From the NCBI GenBank assembly GCA_046570105.1, contig JBKHVI010000004.1:43591-107590 (forward strand): a DNA stretch of 64,000 nt. The letters run 5' to 3'. The notes under the pieces are model-generated. The model was not told the DNA's origin. It did no database searches and saw only the letters and a program-made list of their open reading frames with translations. Source of the DNA: Bacteriovoracia bacterium (GTDB lineage Bacteria; Bdellovibrionota; Bacteriovoracia; Bacteriovoracales; Bacteriovoracaceae). The stretch's first letter is position 1. Every line of letters begins with the position of its first letter. A program made the translations under genes and the position numbers. Shown here one piece after another: positions 21,077 to 30,186 of the stretch.

Positions 21077-21769
21077 TCAGAAAGCAAACATTATGCCGAC
21101 ACCGAAATCATAATTTGAGAACAGTTGAGATTTGTCACTCGTATTAGATTTACGGTCAGCATTATAGTGAATTCCAGTGAAATCAAGTCTCATACTCCAT
21201 GCCTGGTTGATGTGAAACCGCATGGCCGTTGACCAAACACCACCTGTGATACTTTCACTGGTAAGTGAATCTCCGGCGCCAGGAGTGAACTTATTACGGT
21301 TATCAAGCGTTGTGACTTGCGCAACACCTGCACCAAACATCCAATCGAAATAGAAGATTTCATTGAAAGTATTAATCTTGGCATAGAATGGTGACCACCA
21401 AAGAATCCCACCCATCACCGTATCAAATTTACGATAGAACGGAACAGTTCCCTGCTCCTTCACACCTTTGGCAGTATCGTTTTCATCACCTGTGTATTTG
21501 GCGTAGAGAAATTCAACACCCCAATCCTCTTTGAAGAAGTAGCCAACGCGTGCACTACCACCAAGTGAATCAACGAAAGCACCAGAGATGGTTTTTATTC
21601 CACCCATACCAACATAGAGTCGGCCGTCCTTTCGAAATTTTCTGTTTTGAAGTACGTAGATTTCTTTGTCTTTATCTAGCCAAGAAAAATCATAAACAGA
21701 TTTTTCACTGGCCATCACACTGGTAGTGATCAAAAAACAAAAGCCTAGGGCCCATAGCATTTTCTTCAT
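21077..21769 (-). CDS. Outer-membrane beta-barrel protein (GltA/GltB-like)
   Basis: Signal peptide, alternating beta strands, C-terminal Phe, VLQNRKF and WSPFYAKI motifs. Confidence 0.8.
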   Translation of the reverse strand: MKKMLWALGFCFLITTSVMASEKSVYDFSWLDKDKEIYVLQNRKFRKDGRLYVGMGGIKTISGAFVDSLGGSARVGYFFKEDWGVEFLYAKYTGDENDTAKGVKEQGTVPFYRKFDTVMGGILWWSPFYAKINTFNEIFYFDWMFGAGVAQVTTLDNRNKFTPGAGDSLTSESITGGVWSTAMRFHINQAWSMRLDFTGIHYNADRKSNTSDKSQLFSNYDFGVGIMFAF

Positions 21770-21810
21770 GTCCTCATCCTAAGAAACAGGGGTAATGCGC
21801 TTCTATCTTC

Positions 21811-21838
21811 ATGATAACACGCACTCAACCTGGTGCAA
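21811..21838 (-). promoter_or_regulatory. Putative sigma70 promoter of the glt-like operon
   Basis: TTGCAC-N16-TATCAT with a TGn extension on the minus strand. Confidence 0.45.
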
Positions 21839-21839
21839 G

Positions 21840-24800
21840 CTAACGTGGACAGAAGCCTCTATAGGGGCATTTTGGACAATGAGATTCATCGATTTTGTCT
21901 AACTCTGAGAGACGCTTCCAGATTGGGAAAAGTTCTGTTTGAACTTCAGTATAAGAAAGTTTTTTTGTCAGGAGTTGTTGCGTGTCTAAATAGCAAAGAC
22001 GCAAAACAACCTCTGAGGCGCGAGAAACAAGCCCGCTCTCCCAATGGCCCCACGCGTATATCATTAGCTGCTGCCAGTATTTTAGTTGAGTGCTCTCGTC
22101 AGGACGACCTGTTTTGTAGTCCCAAATCTCGAGATCGTTTCCATAAGCAACTAAATCAGGAATACCGGTAAGCATGAAACCAAAAAGGGGAAATTTCATC
22201 TGCACTTCGGATTTCAAGTGAGCACCGGCACAAAGTGTCTGCACTTCTTGGAGTGCCCACTCCATCTTTTGCCTGTCAGGACTATTCACCCATTTCACAG
22301 GCAAGGTGAAACGATTTAACACTGCTTCAGACAATCCTAAGTGAATAGCACTGCCTCGCTCTGACGATGACATCGGACGTGATTCATCTTCACTGACATA
22401 AATAACATCGTTTTCCTCATCTTCTTTCAGACGAAGTACCTGCTTGTAATAAAACTTCCGCGGACATTCCCATAGACTATTTAGTCTTGTGACAGCTAGT
22501 TCTGGACTCACTCCATAGGCCGGGAGTTCGTGTGTAGATTCTTTTTTACTCAACCCCAATGTATTGATATGGAAGAAGGGCCTGGCAGTTGCTTGAGATC
22601 CAAAATCATCTGGTGTCAGCTTTATCTCGCTTCTTTCATATAGCGCAGTCGTCGCTCTTTCAAGATAGGCCTCTAAACCTTTTGCCCACGACAACTCGGA
22701 CAATGTGAGTTGCTTTTCTTGAGCTTGAAAGCGCACAAACACCAGTTCTTCTTTGGCGCGAGTACAAGCGACATAAAAAAGACGCTTCGATTCAGCAAAG
22801 TCTTTTTGCTTATTGAGAACTTTTTCAAACTCTAATTGTGGTGTTGGCGTTCGTTTTCGACTCGAAGCCTCTTCGACCCACAAAGCTGCTCCTGGCAATG
22901 AACCAATCCAATCTTGCTTGGGTCGACTTCTGCCATTGGTTACAAGTCCAGCAACTATCACCACTTCGTATTCCAACCCCTTAGATCCGTGTGACGTTTG
23001 TAATACCACTTTGTGGGGATCTTTTCCGAAGCGGAAATTTGCCGACCAGGTTTGTGATCCTTTTGCCTTAATTTTCAGTGCAACTGTTTCGAGATCGCCT
23101 CCGCTTAAGCTCAGAAGTTCACGTAATTCTTTTAAATTACCCTCGTGCAAACTATTCGTTATCCCGAGACGGGCCAAGAATAAATCAAATGCGAGTGTGC
23201 CTCCGTATAATCTAACATCATTTGCAAAACTCTCAATTGCTGAAGCAACTAATTCAATTGAATCTACCTGCAGAATTTGCAAGTAGCCCGAAATCATAAA
23301 CTGTGACCAGGCCTTCTCTTTTTTACCTAAAATATCTTCGATTAGACTTAAAAGTATTCCCGTTACCGGATCGTCTTTAAATGGAATTTTAGCTTGGGCG
23401 GTAAATCCTATTCCGCGCTTCATAAGCGAAGCCATTAAACTCGCTGACGGAGCTAAGCGCTTATAAAGAACTGCGATTGTGCCAGCACCTAAGTTTTCTT
23501 TTCGTTTGAGTATGTATTCAGCAATCACCTCGGCTTCCGCCTGATTAATATAAGCGGAACTCCACTTAGGACTCTTTTTCTCTTTCTGTGATTCATCAAC
23601 CAAAACTACATCAGGTAAAAGAGTCTCAAAAATGGTGACTTTACCTTCGGCAATCTCTTTATCTGGAATTGACTGAGATTCCATTTCAACAGCATGAGCG
23701 TCGTGCCCTTCCCAACCGACACCCAATGGAAAAATCTTTTCAAACAAGTCATTGTTGAACTGAATAATATTTGAAAGAGAGCGATAATTTGATCGCAGTG
23801 GAAGAGTGGTGATACCTCGACTTTGTTGTAAATCCAGAAATACCTGCAACTCACCACCACGGAAACCGTAAATGGCTTGTTTTGCATCACCTACACAAAA
23901 CAGCTTGCGGCTATCATTATTAGTAAGTTCGCGTAGTACATCGAATTGAACGCGTGAAGTATCTTGAAATTCATCAACTACAAAATAAGTGAATTCATTT
24001 CTAATCTTTTCCGCAATGGGCTTTTGTCGAACCGATCGCAGCACATGGTATTCCAGATCGCCATAGGTCAAACCATCGGTAGGACGCAGGCCAGCTTCAA
24101 CAAATCGAACAAGACCATGGAGGGTTTGTAGCCACGGAAAAATTCTTTGTTTGAAGTGAGTTTGATAGGCATCAAAGAGATCGCTCCACTCTTTGATACC
24201 TTCTTTTAAATTCTTCCAGCCTTCGATGAATTCATCACCGACATGTTCTTTATGCCCACCAAAATTTAAGCGAGTCGCACCCACTTCGGAGCGTATAAAC
24301 TCATTCCATCGATGGATATCATCCCAGTTTGAGATATTTTTATCATACGTATTCAAAGCATCTACTAGCGCAACCCATTTATTATTCTTTTTGCGGGCCT
24401 CTTCCGGGACATCGACAGGTGGGAGTTTTATAAAATTATCCCACCCAAGCATTTGGCTAAGTTCGGGCACCATCCAACCGAGCTTCGAAGGTTCAGCATC
24501 CTTAGGGTTAAAACTCATCCAGGAATCACGAAGGGCGGGATCATTAAAAATTTCGATGAGTGTGTCGCCAAGCTGTGTGCGATACATCGCCGCGTCTCTT
24601 GCCGCGTCCGGCGCTAGCTTTGAAGCAGAGAGCTCCCACCATATATCAAAAAGCGCTAAGACTTTCTTTTGTCTTGGAGCATCCATAATAATCGCCACAT
24701 CCGGCGGTAGATCTGGAAAGAATCCACGCCTGACAAGGCGATAAAAGAAACCGTCAATAGTAGTGACTGCTAATCGTTCAATTTGAGTCAGAGCTTCTTG

Positions 24801-25106
24801 CCACCAAGACTTTTCACTTGCTTGTGCGTTTTCAAATTCTTTTTGAAAACGGTTTGTTAAGCGAACAAGAATTTCTCCTGCGGCCAACTTAGTAAATGTC
24901 ATCAACACCGTAGCCGAATATTTCTCAGCTAAATAATCTGTAAACTCACCCTGCCGCTTACTCTCCCACTCACTTCTCCAAGAACGTGTGAGATAAATCA
25001 CATGCTCAACGAGAACAAATGTTTTTCCTGAGCCGGCCCCCGCCTTTAGGAGGATGCCACCTTGATGCTCAATTGCCGGCTTTTGTTCGTGATTTGCTGT
25101 GCTCAT
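21840..25106 (-). CDS. addA: AddA-like UvrD/SF1 helicase-nuclease
   Basis: AGAGSGKT, DEFQD, VGDAKQAIYGFRG, NYRS, HGSKGLEY, YVACTRA; C-terminal PD-(D/E)xK (GIPD..DYKTG). ATGA overlap with the addB stop. Confidence 0.9.
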   Translation of the reverse strand: MSTANHEQKPAIEHQGGILLKAGAGSGKTFVLVEHVIYLTRSWRSEWESKRQGEFTDYLAEKYSATVLMTFTKLAAGEILVRLTNRFQKEFENAQASEKSWWQEALTQIERLAVTTIDGFFYRLVRRGFFPDLPPDVAIIMDAPRQKKVLALFDIWWELSASKLAPDAARDAAMYRTQLGDTLIEIFNDPALRDSWMSFNPKDAEPSKLGWMVPELSQMLGWDNFIKLPPVDVPEEARKKNNKWVALVDALNTYDKNISNWDDIHRWNEFIRSEVGATRLNFGGHKEHVGDEFIEGWKNLKEGIKEWSDLFDAYQTHFKQRIFPWLQTLHGLVRFVEAGLRPTDGLTYGDLEYHVLRSVRQKPIAEKIRNEFTYFVVDEFQDTSRVQFDVLRELTNNDSRKLFCVGDAKQAIYGFRGGELQVFLDLQQSRGITTLPLRSNYRSLSNIIQFNNDLFEKIFPLGVGWEGHDAHAVEMESQSIPDKEIAEGKVTIFETLLPDVVLVDESQKEKKSPKWSSAYINQAEAEVIAEYILKRKENLGAGTIAVLYKRLAPSASLMASLMKRGIGFTAQAKIPFKDDPVTGILLSLIEDILGKKEKAWSQFMISGYLQILQVDSIELVASAIESFANDVRLYGGTLAFDLFLARLGITNSLHEGNLKELRELLSLSGGDLETVALKIKAKGSQTWSANFRFGKDPHKVVLQTSHGSKGLEYEVVIVAGLVTNGRSRPKQDWIGSLPGAALWVEEASSRKRTPTPQLEFEKVLNKQKDFAESKRLFYVACTRAKEELVFVRFQAQEKQLTLSELSWAKGLEAYLERATTALYERSEIKLTPDDFGSQATARPFFHINTLGLSKKESTHELPAYGVSPELAVTRLNSLWECPRKFYYKQVLRLKEDEENDVIYVSEDESRPMSSSERGSAIHLGLSEAVLNRFTLPVKWVNSPDRQKMEWALQEVQTLCAGAHLKSEVQMKFPLFGFMLTGIPDLVAYGNDLEIWDYKTGRPDESTQLKYWQQLMIYAWGHWESGLVSRASEVVLRLCYLDTQQLLTKKLSYTEVQTELFPIWKRLSELDKIDESHCPKCPYRGFCPR

Positions 25107-27520
25107 TCTTCTTCCTCGCCGCCATAAGGGCACAAAGGTCGAAGGGAGCAATTGGTGCAAATTTCTTTTTCGCGAGGATGCGCTGCAAATACCCGCTCGT
25201 TTCTTAGTTTTTGAACTTGCTCTGATTCAAATTGGGCGTAGCGATCAAGCGCACCCATAACATCATCCCAGGGTTCGGCCCACTTTGCGATGTGCGTATC
25301 AATGACAGAAGCAAGGAAGCTATCTGTAGCTATCCAAGAGTTTTCCATGTCTTTGAAGAACAAGTATCCAACTGCTACTTTGCTATGGGCAGTCAGCACA
25401 CCTTCTAACTTCAAAGCGTTGAGATAGAACCAAAGTTGCACCTTCGGGTAACCATCTTCCCAGTTTTTAAAACTAGGATTTTGTCCTTTCGAGCGTTTGA
25501 AATCGATGAGAAATATTTGATCTTGATAAAAGCCAATGCAATCGATTGAACCATTGCGATCCGGTGCCTTCAGGGGTCTTTCAAATTCAAACTTTAGACC
25601 TGGGAAAACTTTCGCCAATTGCTGCAAACGCTGTAAACCATTACGAGCATACAAAGTTGCTTCACTTATAGAGGCAGCTTTTAGCGAAGGTGTGAGCCGT
25701 TTACTCCCAGAACGCGATTCAATTAATTGAACGGCTTCTCTTTGCATATTAGTCTCACTCGCCCAATAAGCTTCTCCTTTGGCCCAGCAAATGGCCAAAA
25801 GCTTGTGCTCGACATCACCAATCGCCATGGCATCAAGCTCTAAGGTACTTTCGACTCGCGGGATAATTTTGGCAATTCTATCGGCGTGATACTTGCGCGG
25901 ACAATCGAGATAGTCTTGTAAACGAGATGCCGAAATATAGGGTAAGTCAGCCGTGCTATTTACAGGAGCAGAAAAGAAATCTCTTTCAAGGATTTTTTGC
26001 TTGGGAATTTCATTTAGGGGAGTATCTATCAAACTAATTTTTTCAAAGATCTTCTTCCAACCTAAATCGTGTTTTAATAATCCTTCTTCAATTAAAAGAT
26101 AAAGATTTGGTCTAAGGAGCACCTCAGATAATTCGGCTCGCAGAAATGAAAACTCTAATTCAGGACGACGAACCGGGCCAAGCTTAGCTAAAAGTTTTTC
26201 AAGCTGTGGTGAGAATGGTCGATAATCGCTCTTTAGACCCCCTAAGCTACTATCAATACAAAGGACCGCAGCTCCCTCGCCTGGTAATGCATGTAAATCT
26301 TTAAGACTAAAGACTTGCAACTCTTGCTGATTTTTCATTAAGGGAATCATACTGTTGCGAGGTGAATCCATCGCGGTTACTTCTTGCAACAAATCTAGCA
26401 AAAATTGATCCAGTGGTTGCTGATCAAGTGCATGGGGTATTGCGGACAGCGCTTCTTCGATGACTTGAAGAACCGCGAGTTCGCGGCTCAAGCTAAAATC
26501 TTTGGCCGCTATAATCTGAGCACGATCCTCGGCGATCCATTGGTTAAGGGCTTCGGCCATTTGAGTTTTAGTTTCAAGGCGAATTTTTTTCTGCCACCGC
26601 GAGAAAATCACATCACGCGTTTCAGCTAAAATATCAATGGGACGCTTTATAAATATTTCAGCAAAAGGTATTTCTTGAAGCGTTCCTTCACTCAGATTTT
26701 TTCCGCCAAGAATTACATGGGATGCATCAGGTATTTGCTGTTTCCATGCTCGCAAGGCTTGTCCTAAATTACTTCCCACGTGGTAGCTTGCTTGAAGATT
26801 TGCAACTGTCGTCTCAGGTTCTTGAGTATCAAGCACATTCTTCGCTACTAATTTGAGGGCTTCAGGCCAATCAAGTGGGTGGGATTCAGCTAATACTTGT
26901 CTTGGCAATGGAACAATCACTTCCTGACGAATCGCCAAGGCTTCCAAAAAAGAGAGCTGAGCTGGTGTTAAAAAGGTGAAGCCATCAAAAACTAAAACCG
27001 CTTGGTCTTGCCAGTTGATTTCCCCAACTTTTCTCAAAAGTGCTGTTAATTCAAAGAGAGCGGCATGTTCATCCAAAGTACCCGTGGCATGACAGGCCTG
27101 GTGGAAAAGCTGGGCCATCGTGGCCACAGACTCATCAAATTGAAGTAAAATTTCATCCGGCAACTCGGGACCATCTACGTAGGCTCGTAGATCAGAAAAA
27201 ATTTGATAAGCAGATTTAAATGAACCGTAGTCCAAATTTTTTCCCGCGGGATGCATGTGACGAAAAGCATTCAACTGCAACAGAAGACGCGATTTTCGCA
27301 TTGGCCCTTTAGTCTCAAGGCCTGCTTCTTTAAACAAATCTTGCGTGAAGCGCGAAAGTGTAAGGACATCCGATTTAGGGTGCTTATTCCAGGCCATGCG
27401 AAGTGCATCCGCCTTAGCCGGGTAAGGCGTAATGAACTTAACTCCCTGTTCGGGCAGCAGTTGGGCTTGCAGATGATTAAGAAGTCCACGCTTTGACGCG
27501 TAAGTTAAGAGCGTTAACAT
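25103..27520 (-). CDS. addB: AddB-like PD-(D/E)xK nuclease subunit
   Basis: Degenerate helicase-like N-terminus; SASRLQDYLDCP, GSID..IDFK, QLWFY, CxxCxxxxxC. Confidence 0.85.
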   Translation of the reverse strand: MLTLLTYASKRGLLNHLQAQLLPEQGVKFITPYPAKADALRMAWNKHPKSDVLTLSRFTQDLFKEAGLETKGPMRKSRLLLQLNAFRHMHPAGKNLDYGSFKSAYQIFSDLRAYVDGPELPDEILLQFDESVATMAQLFHQACHATGTLDEHAALFELTALLRKVGEINWQDQAVLVFDGFTFLTPAQLSFLEALAIRQEVIVPLPRQVLAESHPLDWPEALKLVAKNVLDTQEPETTVANLQASYHVGSNLGQALRAWKQQIPDASHVILGGKNLSEGTLQEIPFAEIFIKRPIDILAETRDVIFSRWQKKIRLETKTQMAEALNQWIAEDRAQIIAAKDFSLSRELAVLQVIEEALSAIPHALDQQPLDQFLLDLLQEVTAMDSPRNSMIPLMKNQQELQVFSLKDLHALPGEGAAVLCIDSSLGGLKSDYRPFSPQLEKLLAKLGPVRRPELEFSFLRAELSEVLLRPNLYLLIEEGLLKHDLGWKKIFEKISLIDTPLNEIPKQKILERDFFSAPVNSTADLPYISASRLQDYLDCPRKYHADRIAKIIPRVESTLELDAMAIGDVEHKLLAICWAKGEAYWASETNMQREAVQLIESRSGSKRLTPSLKAASISEATLYARNGLQRLQQLAKVFPGLKFEFERPLKAPDRNGSIDCIGFYQDQIFLIDFKRSKGQNPSFKNWEDGYPKVQLWFYLNALKLEGVLTAHSKVAVGYLFFKDMENSWIATDSFLASVIDTHIAKWAEPWDDVMGALDRYAQFESEQVQKLRNERVFAAHPREKEICTNCSLRPLCPYGGEEEE

Positions 27521-27591
27521 GTGGCCATATCTTACCCTGAACATGGCCCGAAAGTACTGACAATCCCCCATCAATATCGTATTTTGACACG

Positions 27592-28443
27592 ATGTTAAAA
27601 CCTAGCCGTCTCTATAGTTTTCTTGATCCTAAAAGTGGCTTTGCGCTTCACTTTCTAGATGGTCAAAAACTCATCTATGATCTTGCCTTGATCCACACTT
27701 TCAAGGGTGCTGGTTTTGCTTTCTTTCGAGATATGGTTTTGAGTTTTATGCCCATGATCAGCTTTCTGAAGCCAGGCGAAAATTTAGGAATTTATGTTGA
27801 TAGTGAAGAACCCTACTTTCGACTCAAAATTGAGACCAGCTTTGGTGGTCAAACACGCACACTGCTCCTTCCGGAAAATTTCTCTGAATTTCCTATTAAG
27901 TTAAGTGGAGCGGCACGGGTCACTAAACAGTTTCCAGGTGGAAGAGCGCCCTATACTTCAGTGGTAAGTTTTAAAGAAACTGATAGCAAAGAAGTTATTA
28001 ACGATATTTTGCGTACTTCTTATCAAGCCAACTCCGAAATTGTTGTTTCTGATATCGCTGATCAAAGTGTTATGGTGATTAAACTTCCTCCCGTAAATGT
28101 GAACAAGAACAACGATGAAACACCCTCACTGGAAGAATTTCTTAAAATCAACAAGCCTTTGTTTCAAAATATTTTTGACGAAAATCATAACGATACCGAA
28201 AGTGTTGTGAAAGCATTTGAAAAAAGTCAGTTTGCCTATTTATCAAGTCGTCAGGTTGAGCTGTTCTGTCCTTGTTCCAAAGACAGAATGATCGATAATC
28301 TGCGTATGCTATATGCCCAAGACGCAGAAGCGCTTTTCGCAGGCAAAGATGAATTGGAAGCCAAGTGTGATTATTGCAAAAAAGCTTACGAGATTACTCG
28401 TACCGAGCTTTCAACTCCACCCTCGCATGGTCCTGTTAATTAA
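27592..28443 (+). CDS. hslO: Hsp33 redox-regulated chaperone
   Basis: C-terminal CPCS...CDYC zinc motif; 283 aa. Confidence 0.85.
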   Translation: MLKPSRLYSFLDPKSGFALHFLDGQKLIYDLALIHTFKGAGFAFFRDMVLSFMPMISFLKPGENLGIYVDSEEPYFRLKIETSFGGQTRTLLLPENFSEFPIKLSGAARVTKQFPGGRAPYTSVVSFKETDSKEVINDILRTSYQANSEIVVSDIADQSVMVIKLPPVNVNKNNDETPSLEEFLKINKPLFQNIFDENHNDTESVVKAFEKSQFAYLSSRQVELFCPCSKDRMIDNLRMLYAQDAEALFAGKDELEAKCDYCKKAYEITRTELSTPPSHGPVN

Positions 28444-29461
28444 GAAATGGATTGATGATTTTCAACTCTAAACCTTGCTGGCGCGGTCCGCTTAACAAAC
28501 GTTCAAACAACTGCGCTTCTTCGTAAAATCCACAAAAATTTTCAGCGCGGGCCCCTTGAGCAAAGACCGGTATTGATAGTTCGCCTTTACGTACAACTGC
28601 ATTACTGCCTTTCAAATCAAATTGCTTCCACTGTGCCCCTTCCTCAGGAAAATCCACATCAATTGAAGCTGCACCGGAAACAATGACTAAGAGATCTTGA
28701 TAGGTGTTGGTCAGACGATAAAATCCTTCAATGGCTTTATCAATTTCGCGAAGTGCATCACGTGCTTGATTTATACTTTGTTTTTCTAGAGCGTGCTTGA
28801 GTGAAAAATCTCGAACAACAAAAAGATGTCTGCCAGAGTTGCGTGAAAACTGGCCATAGAGAGAATTTAAAGCTGTATGGAGAGCCGAGCCACAACCGTT
28901 GGGTCCACAGGTTTTGTCCCAATAGGTTTTTCCTGGTCGATAATCTTGCGCCACAACTGGAAGATAACTCTCGGAACCCATAGGCATTGAAGCGCGCATG
29001 CTCCACAACATACTATCGCCGAGAAAAGCCGCACCATTTTCCCCACAGGCCTTAGAGGCCAAGAGACTTTCTTCATTGCGAGCATCAACTTCCATAATCC
29101 CTGTTTTATATCCGTTCGCAGAGAGATATCCCCAAACAGGTTTCAAGCGCCAATCCTCGCATGTGCCAGCAATATCTTTTTTCCCCGTTAATTGAGAAAG
29201 CATACTGGCCTGAGCAGTTGGACGAAGACGATAAAGATTAAAACTCCATGCATGACCTGTGCAAAGCGAACCTTCGAGCGCAGTTTGATCAGCGACTGTT
29301 GGCAAACCAAAACGCAGCATCGCCAATTGCTCATGATCAAGGCCTGCGACTTGGAACCAAACAATCTTGGTAGGCTGGCGACCGAATTGATGACGGCGAA
29401 GATTGAGACTTGTGACTTGAGCACATCCCCACACCGCTAAAATGAGCACTAACCACTTCAA
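28436..29461 (-). CDS. Alkaline-phosphatase-fold lipoprotein, apparently catalytically degenerate
   Basis: Lipobox VWGC. The AP scaffold is recognisable (KIVWFQVAGL, SQLTGKK, GYKTGI, EIDKAI, LLVIVSG, IPVFAQGARAENFCG) but metal ligands and the Ser nucleophile are replaced. Confidence 0.7.
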   Translation of the reverse strand: MKWLVLILAVWGCAQVTSLNLRRHQFGRQPTKIVWFQVAGLDHEQLAMLRFGLPTVADQTALEGSLCTGHAWSFNLYRLRPTAQASMLSQLTGKKDIAGTCEDWRLKPVWGYLSANGYKTGIMEVDARNEESLLASKACGENGAAFLGDSMLWSMRASMPMGSESYLPVVAQDYRPGKTYWDKTCGPNGCGSALHTALNSLYGQFSRNSGRHLFVVRDFSLKHALEKQSINQARDALREIDKAIEGFYRLTNTYQDLLVIVSGAASIDVDFPEEGAQWKQFDLKGSNAVVRKGELSIPVFAQGARAENFCGFYEEAQLFERLLSGPRQQGLELKIINPFLN

Positions 29462-30084
29462 ACAGAAACCTCACTTAATCGAGCCGCATGAACTCGGATT
29501 TTCTCTTTCACTAAATAGGCGTTAATCATCCGATGAGTGAGAACAATCCACACCGCCATAATGACTTGCGCAGCTATCAAGATACCAGCACGCTGGAAAA
29601 TCCAATAGAGAATTGCGACGAGAAATTGTACGACAAGTATACGAGCTACATAGCGTTGAGATTTGTGGTGGACTAAAATTAATCCTGCTCCAGTCAGCCA
29701 TCCAATCGCAAAAATATACAGTCCAACTTCAGTCGAGAGAGCATGTCCGGCCAAGGCCCCCAAAATGGGAAGGCGCCACATAATTTTTCGATGTAGCTGA
29801 GTAGGTTGATCAAGCACTCCCAGGTAAACAAACGCCGGCCAACTTAGTCCCATGATTCCTAAAAATACGCCGTAAATTGAAGGGTAATGAAGCGCGAGAT
29901 AGACGCCTTTCCAAGCTAAGGCATCTGTTAGGAGCATCAAACAAAGAGTGAACAAGAAAAGCATTCCCAAGGTACGAACAGTGTCACGAGGAAAACCAAA
30001 TTGAACGACGAGAGCAAGCGTATGAACAAGTGTCAGCGTTACTAAAATTAACTGGCCAAAAAAAAGGAAAGAACTGTTCATCAT
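29458..30084 (-). CDS. Hypothetical multi-pass membrane protein
   Basis: About 7 hydrophobic segments; overlaps the next gene start. Start position uncertain. Confidence 0.7.
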   Translation of the reverse strand: MMNSSFLFFGQLILVTLTLVHTLALVVQFGFPRDTVRTLGMLFLFTLCLMLLTDALAWKGVYLALHYPSIYGVFLGIMGLSWPAFVYLGVLDQPTQLHRKIMWRLPILGALAGHALSTEVGLYIFAIGWLTGAGLILVHHKSQRYVARILVVQFLVAILYWIFQRAGILIAAQVIMAVWIVLTHRMINAYLVKEKIRVHAARLSEVSV

Positions 30085-30186
30085 GGCGCCCAAAATAAAG
30101 TATTATAATGATTATAAATATTTTTTTTCAGATGTCTTAAAGTCTTTTGCTGCATCGAGTAGCGAAGGCGCCCTTCAGGAGGCCAG

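Noticed and set aside
25103..27520. Cas4-like nuclease implying a CRISPR system
   Set aside because: The Fe-S PD-(D/E)xK domain is the C-terminus of AddB, coupled to AddA.
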